Shown in pieces: positions 62,745 to 64,000 of a stretch of 64,000 bases of DNA. The stretch covers positions 12,524,001-12,588,000 of the forward strand of contig OZ038378.1 in the NCBI GenBank assembly GCA_964036045.1. Direction: 5' to 3'. Below the pieces are notes generated by a model, which saw only the letters and a list, made by a program, of their open reading frames with translations, made no database searches and was not told the origin of the DNA. The stretch is from Eutreptiella sp. 'Long Island Sound 2002' (taxonomy: Eukaryota > Protista > Euglenida). The stretch's first letter is position 1, and each line of letters begins with the position of its first letter. Position numbers and translations under genes: made by a program.

Positions 62745-63440
62745 CTATGCTTTGTAGTTGTGACTACAATGAATGAGCATGGGTTGTCGGATCCTGTTGA
62801 TTTTATTCTGCGGCAACCTGGGAAGCGGGTTGGAATGTGCAAAGATGCAGTAGAAGATATTGTCAAGCGTTACAATAAATGGGAGACTGTGCAGCAGATG
62901 AAAAATTCATTGACGAACACTGCCGTGGTATACAGAATGTGGAAAGCCTATCTGAGTGACCCCTGCACCGAAAAAAAAATGCGGCGCTGTGGCCGTGCAA
63001 TAAAACTTATAATCAGATCCATTGGCCTGAGGGACGATAACAGACTGCACTATCGAGTGAGACGCCAGGTTGCTCCCTGTGAGGTGCAGAATCCTTCTCT
63101 GCCTGTGGTTGTTGAAGATTGTGAGAGTAGAATACCATACATCAAAAAAGAACTGACTGTGCCTGTCATGCAATTGAATTTCATTGAGGATGTTCTGAGA
63201 CATTGTGGCAAGGCGCGCATCAGTAAGTATGCCATACAAGGTTTGTTACGCTTCGCCCAGAGTCTGCCTACTGCAGGCATGGGTGTTGCAGAGATGGACG
63301 GTCCCTTCATACATACACAAGTGGAGCAAATCAGACACGTGTACTGTCTCAGTGGAACTGTGTGCAATGGTGTCAAGAGTCTTCTCTGGGCAGCAAGGAC
63401 CCACCAAAAATTTGACCCACATGCATATTTTCAAAGTCAT
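62745..63440 (-). pseudogene. Hypothetical gene with two in-frame stops (TAA 63246-48, TGA 62907-09)
   Basis: ORFs 63246..63440 and 62907..63239 share a frame; 53 further open codons follow the TGA to TAG 62745-47. Confidence 0.5.
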
Positions 63441-64000
63441 TTGTGTCAGGTGCCATTCAAATTATTGGAGCGGTATCCGTTGCTTTGGAGGTTTCCTGTT
63501 CGTCTCGCAAAAAAGGTGTTAGGTGTGGCATGTGAGATTGATCGTGATCATATTGTCACAGCAGCTGCAACCCTGGCGCATGAAAGAATGTCTAATAGTG
63601 CGAAAAGACTACCCAGTCGAGCATATAGGTCCCTGGGGAACCAGTTGTGCACTGTACTTTATTATTGCGAACAAATTCGTTCGTCTGTCCGTCAGACATA
63701 TAGGGATGATTTGTGTCCAACTGGTCGCATTCGGAGCAAAGATTGCCTGATACTCTTGGTGGCACGCATTGTGGCATACAATAATAAGAATGGACACTGC
63801 AAGACGCTGATGCGTAGATCACATGCGTCCATGTTTGGAAGTAGTACCGACATACTGGACAGCGTGCTGCAATTTTTCCGTTTTTGTGTTCGCTCTGCAC
63901 TGTATGAGCCTGTTATAAAATCTGATTTCTTGATACAGCGGCGTATGATATATCTGAAAATGCATGAGCTGGAGGTCCAAAATCCGAACAAATATAGCTC

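Noticed and set aside
1-64000. Numerous 60-180-aa ORFs antisense to or nested in larger genes; tRNA genes
   Set aside because: No motifs and they shadow better-supported ORFs; no cloverleaf with T-loop and D-loop signatures was recognised

Overview
The window looks like DNA from a large eukaryotic DNA virus (Nucleocytoviricota-like). It carries a ~984-aa capping enzyme with guanylyltransferase and methyltransferase motifs, an RPB5 subunit, an ATP-dependent DNA ligase remnant, a thioredoxin, a GT32-type glycosyltransferase, ubiquitin-system proteins (Ulp1-like, JAB/MPN, RING, F-box-like) and many tightly packed unknown ORFs. Four things stand out. (1) There are seven tyrosine-recombinase genes, all keeping R-K-HxxR-H-Y catalytic motifs. 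They fall into at least two subfamilies, and twice one member of each sits as an adjacent pair. (2) A ~3.7-kb array of 98-bp units, each with a 26-bp near-perfect palindrome, lies 170 bp from one recombinase, with a second 36-bp modular array nearby. (3) A 1.28-kb GC-rich insert with a perfect 16-bp target-site duplication and a (TCAAACC)3 tail splits a viral gene. (4) Many genes carry single in-frame stops or frameshifts, including RPB5 and the ligase, and a 1764-bp duplication differs only by C>T changes. Together these suggest a decaying giant endogenous viral element in a eukaryotic genome, although sequencing error could explain the indels. Product calls come from motif recognition by eye. 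No rRNA, tRNA or CRISPR array was recognised.
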